Source: Alphaproteobacteria bacterium (GTDB lineage Bacteria > Pseudomonadota > Alphaproteobacteria > UBA828). From it: DNA of 64,000 nucleotides. Position numbers and translations under genes: made by a program. A model generated the notes under the pieces. It had not been told where the DNA came from and made no database searches. It was given only the letters and a program-made list of their open reading frames with translations. Below, piece by piece: positions 1-10,345 of this stretch. Numbering within the stretch: position 1 is the first letter of the stretch; each line of letters begins with the position of its first letter. Location: assembly GCA_963422645.2 (NCBI GenBank), contig CAXXVO010000008.1:352001-416000 (forward strand). The letters are read 5' to 3'.

Positions 1-658
1 CAACGGCATCTCTGCCCTGCAGCTCCAGAAACAGCTCGGTATCGGCTCTTACCGCAGCGCTTGGCTGCTCGCCCACAAGCTGCGCGCCAGCATGGTCGAC
101 CCCGAGCGCAACCCGTTGTCGGGCCTGGTGGAAATCGACGAGGCCAGCCTTCCATTCCGGACCAAAGACGATCCTCCCACCGGAGGGCAAGGACGCAGCC
201 ACGACGGCAAGATGCTCATCGTCGGCGCCATCGAACTGGGGGATGGAACCATCCCGGGCCGCCTGCGGCTGGCCGAAATCTCCTCCTACGGCGCCGCCGA
301 CCTCGGACACTTCGTCGAAACCGCCGCCGATCCCGACGCCATCGCGAAAACCGACGGCTGGTCCGGCTACGCTGCGGTCCCCGCCGATCGCCACAATGTC
401 CATGTCGTCGGGAAGACCGCCGCTCACCTCGTCCTGCCGTGGATCCACCAAGTCTTCTCCAACCTCAAAGGATGGGCGCGAGGCGTCTACCACGGGCTGC
501 GCCGCAAGCATCTGCAGGCCTATCTCGATGAGTTCGCCTTTCGCTTCAACCGCCGCAAAACCCGCCACGCTGCTTTCCGCTCGCTCTTCCGCATCGCCAC
601 CAATGCAAAACCCCTTACCTACAGCATGTTGATCGAACCGGAGCCATGTGCATAAGCG
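1..658 (+). mobile_element. Right part of an IS1595-family insertion sequence
   Basis: The transposase stop lies in the putative terminal sequence ...ATGTGCATAAGC, and unrelated enolase coding sequence resumes immediately after. The exact end is approximate. Confidence 0.7.
2..655 (+). CDS. IS1595-family (ISXO2-like) DDE transposase, 5' part outside window
   Basis: Open frame from base 2 (NGISALQLQKQLGIGSYRSAW...) with VEIDE, TDGWSGY, NLKGW-RGVYHG and YLDEFAFRFNRR motifs typical of IS1595 transposases. Confidence 0.92.
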   Translation, partial: NGISALQLQKQLGIGSYRSAWLLAHKLRASMVDPERNPLSGLVEIDEASLPFRTKDDPPTGGQGRSHDGKMLIVGAIELGDGTIPGRLRLAEISSYGAADLGHFVETAADPDAIAKTDGWSGYAAVPADRHNVHVVGKTAAHLVLPWIHQVFSNLKGWARGVYHGLRRKHLQAYLDEFAFRFNRRKTRHAAFRSLFRIATNAKPLTYSMLIEPEPCA

Positions 659-1312
659 GTTCGGGCGATTAAAATCCATCCCTACTGCGTGTTCGATGAC
701 GATATGCGTTTGATCAACGCGCTCGTCGAAGAATTCGCGGGATGGGATGTCGATTGGAGCCTGGACGTGGACGGAATGTACTCGGTCGACCAATCGCTTT
801 GTATGGGAAAAATCCTGGATGAAGCGGGTTGGAACTTCTTCGAGGCACCGCTTCCCGACGGCGATTTGGATGGATACAAGACGCTGGCGGACGCGCTCCA
901 GCTCGATGTGATCTGCGGCGGAAACAGTCTCCCTAACCAGCATCTGATAGAGTTCGCGTTGAAGATAGGTGCGTGGGATCGAAGCCGTTTCGACGTGACC
1001 GGTATCGGCGGCTTCAGCGGTGCCGGCGAGGTCGTGGCGGCCACGCGCGCCCACGCTAAGACCTGCGAAGTGCAGAGCTGGGGCTACACGCTGACGCAGG
1101 CGGCGAACCTGCACCACATGCTCACGCATTCGATCTGCGACTACTTCGAACAGGCGACTCCGGCAGAAAAATACGAATTCGGCGCGAGACAGGCCATTCG
1201 CCCGGACACAGACGGCCTCGTCCGCCCGAGCGATCTGCCTGGACTGGGGGTCGAGATGGACTGGGAGCGGATCGAGCCCTTCGTCTACGCCCGGCGAGTC
1301 TTCTCGACATGA
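659..1312 (+). pseudogene. C-terminal part of a mandelate racemase/muconate lactonizing (enolase superfamily) enzyme, interrupted by IS1595
   Basis: The frame is open from the IS end: VRAIKIHPYC...LDVDG..FEAPLP..GG.S...PGLGVEMDW. The N-terminal capping domain is missing. Confidence 0.8.
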
Positions 1313-2466
1313 CCGTGACGATCGAGCGGGTGGAGGTCCTCTGCCTGCAGGATCCGCAAGCTGCCTATTACCGCTTCGAGGGCAGCTATCGGAACGTCGT
1401 CGTGCTGGTGCATGGCGACAACGGGCTCGTGGGCATTGGCGAGAGCGACGCGCCGCCCGAGATCGTCAAGGCCGCGATCGAGATGGCGCCCTACAACCAC
1501 CTGGCGGAGGGGCTCGCTGGCATCGTCACCGGGCGGGCGGTGGACGATCCGCGCCGCCTGTGGGACCAGATGTATGCGCGCACTCAGTGGCATGGCCGGC
1601 GCGGCGCGACGCTTCACGCGATCAGCGCGCTCGATATTGCCGTCTGGGACCTGTTCGCGCAGTCAAGGAGCATACCGGTCTGCGAGGCGCTTGGCGGCTC
1701 TCATCACGACCGTCTCCCTGCCTACGCGACCATCTATCCCCTCGAAGACACGCCCACGCGCATCGACGCACAAGTCGTGCCGCTGCTGGGGCGGGGTTTC
1801 CGCCACCTCAAGATCTGCGTCGAGCCGTGGTGGAGCGAGCCGGACCGAGTGCGGCGAAACCTGTCTCACCTGCGCGACCTGGTGGGGTCGGAGCGCAGCC
1901 TGATGCTCGACGTCACTCAGGAGTTCACGTGCCTCGATCAACTGGCGCCTTTCCTCGAGCTGCTGGCGGAATTGGACTTCGCCTGGATCGAGGCGCCCTT
2001 CCCGCTCGATGAGGTAGAGGAGCACGCGCGGCTGCGCGCCACGACGCGCATCCCTATCGGCGTCGGTGATTTAGGACTCACCACCTGCAAGGAGTTCGAG
2101 CCCTTCCTCGCGGCCGATGCCTTCGACGTCGCACAGCCAGATCTCAGCATGTTCGGCGGCTTCACCGAGGCGCTGCGCCTCGCGCAGATGTTGGAAAACA
2201 CCGGCCGGCGGATCGTCCCCCACGCCTACAACACTGACATCACGATCGCGGCCAATCTTCACTTCCTGTCCACGCAGCCGGAGATAGAAATTGTCGAGTA
2301 TTCGACAAGCCCGTCGCGCCTGCGGCAGGGTCTGGTACGAGGCCTCGCGCCGATCGACGCCGATGGGATGATCGCGGTCCCCACCGCCCCCGGACTCGGC
2401 GTCACGCTGAACGACGATGCGGTCGCGGAGTTCGGGCTCAGTCGCGCCGCTGAAGCATGCCGTTGA
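1309..2466 (+). CDS. Mandelate racemase/muconate lactonizing enzyme family protein
   Basis: GLVGIGE, AISALDIAVWDL, LMLDV, WIEAPF, QPD..MFGGFTE, VPH and PGLGV motifs. ATGA overlap with the upstream gene. Confidence 0.92.
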   Translation: MTVTIERVEVLCLQDPQAAYYRFEGSYRNVVVLVHGDNGLVGIGESDAPPEIVKAAIEMAPYNHLAEGLAGIVTGRAVDDPRRLWDQMYARTQWHGRRGATLHAISALDIAVWDLFAQSRSIPVCEALGGSHHDRLPAYATIYPLEDTPTRIDAQVVPLLGRGFRHLKICVEPWWSEPDRVRRNLSHLRDLVGSERSLMLDVTQEFTCLDQLAPFLELLAELDFAWIEAPFPLDEVEEHARLRATTRIPIGVGDLGLTTCKEFEPFLAADAFDVAQPDLSMFGGFTEALRLAQMLENTGRRIVPHAYNTDITIAANLHFLSTQPEIEIVEYSTSPSRLRQGLVRGLAPIDADGMIAVPTAPGLGVTLNDDAVAEFGLSRAAEACR

Positions 2467-3235
2467 TGGTGAGCCCCACCGCCAGGATGATCCCGCCCAG
2501 CACCACCGTAATCAACCCGACTGCTGGCACCATGGGCGTGTAGCCGCCGATCATCTTGCCGTAGAGCCATTCGGGCACGGTGACATCGGCCCCGCTGGTG
2601 AAATAGGCGAGCGGGAAGTTGCCCCACGAGAGCAGCACCGCAAACAGAAATCCGGCGAAGATGCCGGGCCCGAGCAGGGGCAGCGTAATGGTTCGGAAAA
2701 TCTGCCAGCGCGAGGCGCCGAGGTCGTAGGCCGCCTCTTCCACCGCCGAATCGTAGCCATAGGCCTGGATCGCGATCACCAGTGTCACGATCGGCACGAT
2801 CCAGACGAGCTGGGCGAACACCGTCGACTGCCAGGACATCTGGATGCCGAAGGAGTTGAACCAGAGCTGCAGCGCGAGCCCCAGCACCGCCTGTGGGAAA
2901 AAGATCGGGATCAGCAGTACCTGCTGAAAGAGCCTGCGCCCTCGCCAGTCGTAGCGGGCGTAGGCGAGCGCACCGAAGAAGGCCAGGATTACCGAGATCA
3001 GCGCCACGCAGACGGCGATCGTCAGCGACGTGAGAAAGCTCTCGTGCACCTGCAGCGAATCCCACGTCATCTCGTACCACTTCGACGAGGTTCGCCGCAT
3101 GGGGAAGAGGAAGAAGCGCGACTTGGAGATCGACGCCAGCCCGACGATCACCATCGGGATGTACATGATCACCAGGATGACGGCGATGTAAGCAGCCAGC
3201 AGTCGGCGGGTGAGCAGCCTGTCGATGGTGCCCAC
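2438..3235 (-). CDS. ABC transporter permease (PotC-like)
   Basis: Six hydrophobic segments and the EAA motif EEAAYDLGASRWQIFRTITLP. Confidence 0.92.
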   Translation of the reverse strand: MGTIDRLLTRRLLAAYIAVILVIMYIPMVIVGLASISKSRFFLFPMRRTSSKWYEMTWDSLQVHESFLTSLTIAVCVALISVILAFFGALAYARYDWRGRRLFQQVLLIPIFFPQAVLGLALQLWFNSFGIQMSWQSTVFAQLVWIVPIVTLVIAIQAYGYDSAVEEAAYDLGASRWQIFRTITLPLLGPGIFAGFLFAVLLSWGNFPLAYFTSGADVTVPEWLYGKMIGGYTPMVPAVGLITVVLGGIILAVGLTINGMLQRRD

Positions 3236-3238
3236 GGC

Positions 3239-4147
3239 CTAGCGTCTTCCCAGCATGCGGTCGAGGTTCACCCGCCGCATCGCGAGCCACACGGCGGACC
3301 CCGCCAGCACGATCATCAGCACCGATAGCGCGGAGCCGCGCGGCCAGTTCTGCCCGAAGGTAAATGCGGATTCGATGTCCTGCGCGACGGTGACGATGAC
3401 GCCCTTGCCGAGGAACTTGGCCTCGTTAAAGGCGCCGAGCGAGATCACGAAGCAGAGCAGCGAGCCAATCAGGATTCCAGGCATCGCCAGCGGCAGCTCG
3501 ATGTCCCGAAAAACCCGCCAGCGCGATCCGCCCAGGTCGTAGGCCGCCTCGCGCGCCTCCCTGGGCACATTGCTGAGCCCCAGCAGGATGGGGAACAGCA
3601 TAAAGGGCAGGTAGATGTAGCAAATGCCGAAGACGATGGCCGGCACGTTGTTGACCAGACTCCCGGTCTCCAGACCCGTCACCACCTTGAGCGCACCGTC
3701 GAGGAAGCCGCTCTTGTCGAAGAAGAGCACCCAGCCCTGCAGCCGAATGTTCTCGGCGACGAAAAGTGGCGCCACGATCAGGAGAGTGAGCAGGTGCGCC
3801 CGGCGCCCCTTGATTCGCCTCAACGCGACCGCCAGCGGATAGCAGACGACGAGCAGGATCACGACGCTGATGAACGCAAGGAAGAGCGACCAGACGAAGG
3901 AGATGTAGAAGTCCTGCTCGACGATATCGATGTAGTTCTCGAGCGACAGCGGACCCGGTATGGAGAAGCTGCCGCGCTCCATGAAGCTGTAGATCAGCAC
4001 CAGTGCCATCGGTCCGATGAAGCCGATGAACAGAAGGATGATGATCGGCAGTGCCGCGACGAAACCTTCGGAAAGCTTCCACGGCAGAATCCTGCGCCAG
4101 GGGCGCTCCGGCTCTTCCGTCAGAGACTCGATCACCGCCTCGGTCAT
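3239..4147 (-). CDS. ABC transporter permease (PotB-like)
   Basis: EAAYDLGGSRWRVFRDIELP and C-terminal NWPRGSALS. ATG at 4147 overlaps the ATPase stop. Confidence 0.92.
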   Translation of the reverse strand: MTEAVIESLTEEPERPWRRILPWKLSEGFVAALPIIILLFIGFIGPMALVLIYSFMERGSFSIPGPLSLENYIDIVEQDFYISFVWSLFLAFISVVILLVVCYPLAVALRRIKGRRAHLLTLLIVAPLFVAENIRLQGWVLFFDKSGFLDGALKVVTGLETGSLVNNVPAIVFGICYIYLPFMLFPILLGLSNVPREAREAAYDLGGSRWRVFRDIELPLAMPGILIGSLLCFVISLGAFNEAKFLGKGVIVTVAQDIESAFTFGQNWPRGSALSVLMIVLAGSAVWLAMRRVNLDRMLGRR

Positions 4148-5220
4148 TCCGGAAAGACCATCGAATCGCCCGGCTGCCACGAGAGCGTCACCTCCGCGCC
4201 CGGCAGGCGGGCGACGGCATCGGCGCGCAACTCCTCGATGAGGAACACCATCGCGCCGCTTCTCACTTGGTATTGGATGCGGGAGCCGAGCAAATATTCG
4301 TTGAAGAGCTCGCCCCGGACCAGGTTTCCGCCAGCCGCCGGCGGGGCATCGTCGGAAATTGCGACGTTCTCCGGCCGGACGATCAGGACGCCACGGCTGA
4401 AGCCGCGCGGCATTCCGGCGGGCGGATCGAAGCTGGCTTCGAGCGCCTCGCAGTGGAGTTTTCCGTCATCGGCGAGACGCACAGGGAGCGAGTTCACCTC
4501 GCCCATGAATTCGGTGACGAAGCGGTTCTCGGGCCTCGTGTAAATCGTCGCGGGGCTTCCAACCTGGGAGAGCTTGCCCTCGCGCATCACGCCGATGCGG
4601 TCGGACATCACCATCGCCTCCTCGAGGCTGTGGGTGATGTAGACGAAGGTCTTGCCCGTCTCGCGCTGGATATCCTTGAGCTCCTTCTCCAGCGTCTTGC
4701 GGAGCCGGTAATCGATGGCGGAGAGCGGTTCGTCGAAGAACAAGATCTCAGGATTGAAGGCCAAGGCTCTGGCCAGCGCCACGCGCTGGCGCTCGCCGCC
4801 CGAGCACTGCGTGACCGCCTTGTCGTAGTAGCTCTGCGGCAGGTGAGAGAGCTTCAGGCACTCGGCGGCACGCTCCCGTCGCTCCTTCCTTCCGATACCC
4901 TTGCACTTGGCCGAATACTCGACGTTCTCGCCGACGCTCATATGGGGGAAGAGCGCCAGAGACTGGAACACCATGCAGGTCGGGCGTTTGTTGGCGGGCA
5001 CTTCGTTGATCCGCTTGCCCCTGAGCAGGATGTCGCCGGAGGTCGGCTTGTCCATGCCGACCAGCAGGCGGATGAGCGTCGTCTTGCCCGAGCCCGAGGG
5101 GCCGACGATGGTGAAGAGCTCGCCCTCCACGATGTCGAGGCTCACGCCGTCGACCGCGTTCAGGCTGCCGAAGCTCTTGACGATGTCCCTGAGTTGCAAG
5201 ATGGGCGTGGCTGCGGCCAT
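4144..5220 (-). CDS. ABC transporter ATP-binding protein (PotA-like)
   Basis: Walker A GPSGSGKTT, signature CSGGERQRVALARAL, Walker B FFDEP, and a TOBE-like C-terminus. Confidence 0.95.
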   Translation of the reverse strand: MAAATPILQLRDIVKSFGSLNAVDGVSLDIVEGELFTIVGPSGSGKTTLIRLLVGMDKPTSGDILLRGKRINEVPANKRPTCMVFQSLALFPHMSVGENVEYSAKCKGIGRKERRERAAECLKLSHLPQSYYDKAVTQCSGGERQRVALARALAFNPEILFFDEPLSAIDYRLRKTLEKELKDIQRETGKTFVYITHSLEEAMVMSDRIGVMREGKLSQVGSPATIYTRPENRFVTEFMGEVNSLPVRLADDGKLHCEALEASFDPPAGMPRGFSRGVLIVRPENVAISDDAPPAAGGNLVRGELFNEYLLGSRIQYQVRSGAMVFLIEELRADAVARLPGAEVTLSWQPGDSMVFPE

Positions 5221-5290
5221 CGCGCCTTGTGCTCCCGGTATGCACGAGCGCCGGAGCGGGCGGCGGGCCACCCACTCCGGCTGGTAGGGA

Positions 5291-6580
5291 TCAGGCGCCG
5301 CGCGCGCGCTTCGCCTGGGTGTAGAGGTCGTGCATCGCGTCGTAGTCGGGGTTGATGTCGAAATCGATGCAGCGATCGACCAGCGAGGCCAGCCAGCTGC
5401 CCTCTTCGCCCCAATGCACGGCTTCGAGCTCGTCCTGGGAGAACTGGCTCAACACCTCAGGAGCGCCCATCTGCACCACCGGGTTCAGCGTGCCCGGCGC
5501 CCTGGCTGCCACCTTGTAGGAGGCTTCCGCCGTGTGGCAATAGATCAGGAACGCCTCTGCGAGCGGCGTCGGGTCTGGGTTGTTGACTAGTGAGGTGATC
5601 TCGATCCAGATAATCCCGGCCTGACCGTTGGGCCGCTCGGCGGTCTTGGTTTCCTCCGGGCCTTCCGCCGGCACGACGTTCACGAGCTGGGTCTCGCCTT
5701 CAAGTCTGGCGGCAGAGACGGTGTAGACCGAGCCGGGGAAGGTCCCCATGATCTCGCCGGTGATCATGTCGCGGGCCAGCGCCGCCTGGTCGTCCGAGAC
5801 CTTCTTGGCGTTCTCGAAGATCTTGAAGATGGTCTCTTCGAACTTCGCCATCTCGTCGGCGGTGTGCTGGCGGAAGGGGATGAAGCCCGACGCCAGGCAC
5901 GCATGCATGATCACCCAATTCTCGTAGTCGAGAATGCCGTACTGGCCCTTGGCGCCCTCGATCATCTCCGCATAGCCGCCGCTCTCGATGGTCGCCGGGT
6001 CGACAGCGTCGGAACTGACCGCCATGGCCGAAGGGCCGTAGCGCTGCAGCATTCCCAGCAGATGATCGCCGCTCTCGTCGAGCGCCCAGTGATAAGGCCA
6101 CTCGAAGCTCGTCACGTTCATGTCGTAGAGTGGCGCGAACTTGTCCTTGTTCAGCGGCGTGATCAGCCCCTCGGGGAAGAGCTGCTTGCGCTGCCAGGCA
6201 TTGTTGAGGTTAATCACGTCCCAGGTGGACGTGCCGCCGCCGCGCAGGTTGTTCACCGCCGCGGGGTCCGAGATCAGCATCTGCGGGTTGACGTTGGCGC
6301 CGGTCTGGCGGCTGAAGGGGTCGAGCACCGGCTCTTCGGTGTAGCCTTCCCACGAGTGCAGGTTGAGGTCCATGCGGATATCGCTCATGCCGGCGAGCTC
6401 GGCCTTGGTCTTTTCCCAAAGCTCGTCCGCATAGGCCGCGCCGGCTGCCGCGTTCGCGCTGCTCGATCCTGCGCCGAGAACCGCCGGCGCCACGCCGACC
6501 GCTGCAGCCAGCGCCGCCGACTGCTTGAGGAATTGTCGGCGCGAAGAGCTGAAGCTTCGGTAAATGTTACCACCGTACAT
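5291..6580 (-). CDS. Periplasmic substrate-binding protein (PotD/PotF-like) with Tat signal
   Basis: SRRQFLK twin-arginine motif and LHSWEGY motif; RBS GGAGG; first gene of the ABC operon. Confidence 0.85.
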   Translation of the reverse strand: MYGGNIYRSFSSSRRQFLKQSAALAAAVGVAPAVLGAGSSSANAAAGAAYADELWEKTKAELAGMSDIRMDLNLHSWEGYTEEPVLDPFSRQTGANVNPQMLISDPAAVNNLRGGGTSTWDVINLNNAWQRKQLFPEGLITPLNKDKFAPLYDMNVTSFEWPYHWALDESGDHLLGMLQRYGPSAMAVSSDAVDPATIESGGYAEMIEGAKGQYGILDYENWVIMHACLASGFIPFRQHTADEMAKFEETIFKIFENAKKVSDDQAALARDMITGEIMGTFPGSVYTVSAARLEGETQLVNVVPAEGPEETKTAERPNGQAGIIWIEITSLVNNPDPTPLAEAFLIYCHTAEASYKVAARAPGTLNPVVQMGAPEVLSQFSQDELEAVHWGEEGSWLASLVDRCIDFDINPDYDAMHDLYTQAKRARGA

Positions 6581-6867
6581 GTTGTCCTCCCGGATTGCCG
6601 TTTCGTCTCACGCAATGTAGTCCGTACACATGCTAATTGATGCTAGGAGCTGTCTCTAGTGCGTCCGAGCAGGATATCGAAACGAACACGCCACCGACTC
6701 CCGGGCACAGGCCGACTTCGGCGCCCCGAGGCGCCCAGACGGACGCCGTCGGTCGACGTCGCGATCCCGACAATTTGTTGCGGATTCGCAGTAGTGGCGA
6801 CGGTCCGCGCCACGGTATCCTGATCTGGCGGCGGGAGCGGCCGCAGGCTGATGTGGAGAACACAGCC

Positions 6868-8070
6868 ATGACTGACCACTGGTGGGAGAGCACGGCGAGT
6901 GTGCGCGCCACTCTCGCCAATGTCATGCGCCCCATCGAAGAATGGGCAAGCGGGCTGCCGAACGAGGCCTATACATCCGACGCCTTCGCCGAGTGGGAAC
7001 AGGATGTACTCTTGGCCAGCACCTGGGCCTGCATCGGCACTGGCAGGCGCGTTCCGGAGGTGGGCGATGCGATGCCGCTCGAATTCACCGGCCTGCCGCT
7101 CTTCATGCTGCGCGGGCGCGACGGCGAGGTTCGCGTCTTCCACAACGTGTGCAGCCACCGCGGCATGATGCTGATGGAGAAGCCCACGCGGACGCACGGC
7201 GCGATCCGCTGCCCCTACCATTCCTGGACCTACAACCTCGACGGCTCGCTTCGCTCGACGCCCATGATCGGCGGAACCGACATCAATACGTGCGAAGGGT
7301 TCGAGGGGGCGAAGCATGGTCTGAAGCCGGTGCGGACGGCCACGTGGTTCGACGCCATATTCGTCAACTTGAGCAGCGATGCGCCGCCCTTTGAGTCCTT
7401 CATCGCGCCGGTGGCCAAGCGCTGGAAGGATTTTGACGGCGCCGACCTGCATTATGAGAAGAGCGACTCGTCCTTCACGCTGGATGTCGCCTGCAACTGG
7501 AAGCTCGCAGTGGAGAACTTCTGCGAGGCTTATCACCTGCCCTGGATCCACCCCAGCCTCAACAGCTACTCGCGGCTCGAGGACCACTACCAGATCGCAG
7601 AAGAGGAGCACGGCTACGCCGGCCAGGGCAGCACCGCCTACCGGCCGCAGCTCGCCGGAAACGGCAACGGCTTTCCGACCATGCCGGGCCTGCCCGCGCG
7701 CTGGCATGGGACGGCAGAATATGTCGCGCTGTTCCCGACTGCGTTGTTTGGCGTCCACGCCGACCATTGCTTCGTCGGCACGCTGATGCCGGCGGGCAAC
7801 GCGCGAACCATCGAGCATCTCGACATCTACTACTTCGCCGACGAGGCCGTGGGCGAGGGCTGCGCCGAGCTCAGAGAGGCCAACACGCGACAGTGGCGCG
7901 GTATCTTCGAGGAGGACCGCTTCGTCGTCGAAGGGATGCAGCGCGGCCGGGCCTCACCGGCCTACAAGGGCGGCGTGCTCTCGCCGGCGCTGGAGCGCAC
8001 CACCCACTGCTTCTACCGCTGGGTGGCGCGGAAGATGCTGGAGGCGAACGGGACTGAAAGCGCCGCGTGA
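6868..8070 (+). CDS. Rieske non-heme iron oxygenase alpha subunit (choline monooxygenase/betaine N-demethylase-like)
   Basis: Rieske motif CSH...CPYH, mononuclear iron motif NWK..VENFCEAYHLPWIHP, EED...E.MQRG; RBS GGAGA before ATG 6868. Confidence 0.9.
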   Translation: MTDHWWESTASVRATLANVMRPIEEWASGLPNEAYTSDAFAEWEQDVLLASTWACIGTGRRVPEVGDAMPLEFTGLPLFMLRGRDGEVRVFHNVCSHRGMMLMEKPTRTHGAIRCPYHSWTYNLDGSLRSTPMIGGTDINTCEGFEGAKHGLKPVRTATWFDAIFVNLSSDAPPFESFIAPVAKRWKDFDGADLHYEKSDSSFTLDVACNWKLAVENFCEAYHLPWIHPSLNSYSRLEDHYQIAEEEHGYAGQGSTAYRPQLAGNGNGFPTMPGLPARWHGTAEYVALFPTALFGVHADHCFVGTLMPAGNARTIEHLDIYYFADEAVGEGCAELREANTRQWRGIFEEDRFVVEGMQRGRASPAYKGGVLSPALERTTHCFYRWVARKMLEANGTESAA

Positions 8071-8298
8071 GCTATCGGACTCCTGACTATCCCTTCCTAT
8101 TGCCAGCTCCAACTTCCTAGAGGGGGCGACTTCGACTTGCATTCCTTTCCCTTGTTCGTATAGTCGCTTTACGACACCTTCCACGATCCACTAAGAACGC
8201 GTGTTTCACTGACTCAGTTTGACGGACATTTTCCCGCCTACCCGCCAATCCTGACCAGTTCCCTACTCCTGACGTTCGTGAATCGTGTAGGATGCTCT

Positions 8299-8460
8299 AT
8301 GGATTTTCCATCCTTAATCAGATCGTGGACATTTTGGATAATCCTAGGGGCGCTTCTCCTTTTACTTGGCGCCAGTGTTGCATATCTACAGTATTGGGAT
8401 TGGCTTTCCGAAGGTGAATCCAGAAGTGATGTAGTCCGTAATATCATTCTTGCGATGTAA
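8299..8460 (+). pseudogene. N-terminal fragment of a membrane-anchored protein truncated by IS-A1
   Basis: A TM helix followed by WDWLSEGESRSDVVRNIILA; the stop codon is supplied by the IS terminus GTAA. It resembles N-termini of some pentapeptide-repeat proteins (recall, unverified). Confidence 0.5.
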
Positions 8461-10345
8461 CTGCCCAGGTCGTCTGATTTGTCATTTTGGGCCAGTGGAT
8501 TGATGCGTTTCTCGTTCGGAGTTGGTGGAAAGGGCTTGACGGGAATTTCGGGAAATGACTCAACAACGACATGAGCAATCCCGAGTCGCCGCGCGGCCCT
8601 TCGACGGGAGCAGCGCCCGAAACGCCCGCGCAGAAGATCGCCCGCCTGGAGGAGGAGAACGCCCGGCTTCGGGAGGAAAATGCCTGGCTTCGGCAGCAGA
8701 ACGCGCGGCTGGAAGAGCAAGTCGCGCGTCTCGTCGAGCGCATCGAGGAGTTGGAGCGCCGTCTCGGCCTCAACAGCGGCAACAGCGGCAAGCCGCCTTC
8801 GAGCGATGGGCTGAGGAAGCCGAATTCGAAGCGGCGAACCCGAAGCCTGCGCGGCAAATCGGGCCGCAAGCCCGGTGGCCAGCCCGGCCACAAGGGCAAG
8901 ACGCTGCGCCGCGCCGATCACCCGGATCGGGTGAAGGATCACGTCCCGGCTTCCTGCAAGGGATGCGGTTCGCCGCTTTCGGACGCGGCCAGGGCGGGAA
9001 CGCCCGTCGCCCGCCAGGTGTTCGATCTGCCCGAGCCGAGCCCCCTGGAGGTGACCGAGCACCGGGCGCATGCCAAGTGCTGCGGGCATTGCGGGACGGT
9101 GACCCGGGCGGCGTTCCCCGACGGGGTGTCGGCGCCGGTGCAGTACGGCCCGCGCATTGCCGGGGTGGCGGTCTACCTTCAGCACGCTCACTTCCTGCCG
9201 GAGGATCGGCTGTCGCAGGTGATGGCCGAGCTCTTCGGCGCGCCGGTGACGGCTGCGACGTTGGCGACGATGAGCGAGAGGGCGGCCGAGCGGCTTGCGG
9301 GACGCGGCCTTGCACATACAGGACCTGGCGGCGGGCACGGCGCGGGTGAAACACATGGACGAGACCGGCTTGCGGATCGGCGGTCAGACGCAGTGGCTTC
9401 ATGTGATCTGCACGCCGCTGCTGGCGGCGTACCGGGTCAGCGGCAAGCGCGGCGCCCTGCTCTCGGGTGTCTCCGGCATCGTCGTGCACGATCACTGGAA
9501 GCCGTACTTCGCGATGGAAGGGGTGGAGCACGGCCTGTGCAACGCCCATCACCTGCGGGAGTTGCAGGCGCTGGTGGACATCGAAGGGGAGGCTTGGGCC
9601 CGGCGGATGCAGCAGCTCCTGCGCCGAGCCAATCGCGCCGCCCGCATCGCGCTGGACAAGGATATCGCCGTTCCGGCGAGGCTTGTGGCGCTGATCGAGC
9701 GCCGATACGACGAGATCATCGCCGATGCGCTGGCCTTTCACGAGAGCCAACCACCGTTCTCGCCTGGCAAGAGGAAGAAGCGCCGGAAGCGAAGGATCGG
9801 TCACAATCTGGCCTTGAGGCTGCGCGACCACAAATGCGCGGTGCTCCGGTTCCTGATCGACCTCGAGGTCGGGTTCACGAACAACGAGGCCGAGCGCGAC
9901 CTTCGGATGATGAAGCTGCGCCAGAAGATCTCCGGGGGCTTCCGGTCCGCGCAGGGGGCCGAGAACTTCGCCATCCTGCGCAGCGTCATCACCACCGCCA
10001 GAAAGCAGGGCTGGAATATCATCGAAGCCCTGACCAGCCCATCGGATCGGCTCATCGCCACCGTCAAGTGCGCGTAAGCTCACCTGGCACGGGTTCTCCA
10101 ACAGCGGAGCCATTCTCATAAACGATCATGGTCGACGCCGTGCTGGACCACCCCATAGAATGAAAATCGGTGCCCGTCGCGCGGGCGGACTTCGGGCCAC
10201 ATCGGGGTAGCTTACCGGTCGCAGTCCGCAAGAGGGGCATCGTGAGCTGTGAAACCCGGCGACCACAGAGGAGCACACGGGCGTCGCGTGGGTAGCGTTG
10301 TGCCGAATCCCAGAGAATTTTCACAGCAAGAACCTGGGCAGTTAC
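8457..10345 (+). mobile_element. IS66-family single-ORF element IS-A, copy 1 (frameshifted, no TSD)
   Basis: TIRs GTAACTGCCCAGGT...ACCTGGGCAGTTAC; 1889 bp. The flanks CTTGCGAT and CATTTGTT do not match. Confidence 0.95.
8571..10077 (+). pseudogene. IS66 transposase with +1 frameshift at ~9295
   Basis: CGGCTTGCGG here versus CGGCTGCGG in intact copies; the two halves match the 501-aa transposase. Confidence 0.9.

Noticed and set aside
8195-8240. IS-end-like sequence CAGTTTGACGGACATTTTCCC
   Set aside because: No partner repeat or transposase found in the window.
9285-9300. Programmed ribosomal frameshift in IS-A1/A4
   Set aside because: No slippery heptamer, and the other copies encode the full protein in one frame; it is a +1 mutation or artefact.
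8238-10121. Long alternative-frame and antisense ORFs across every IS-A copy (e.g. 449-600 aa)
   Set aside because: Shadow ORFs of a GC-rich transposase with no motifs; they recur only because the IS is repeated.
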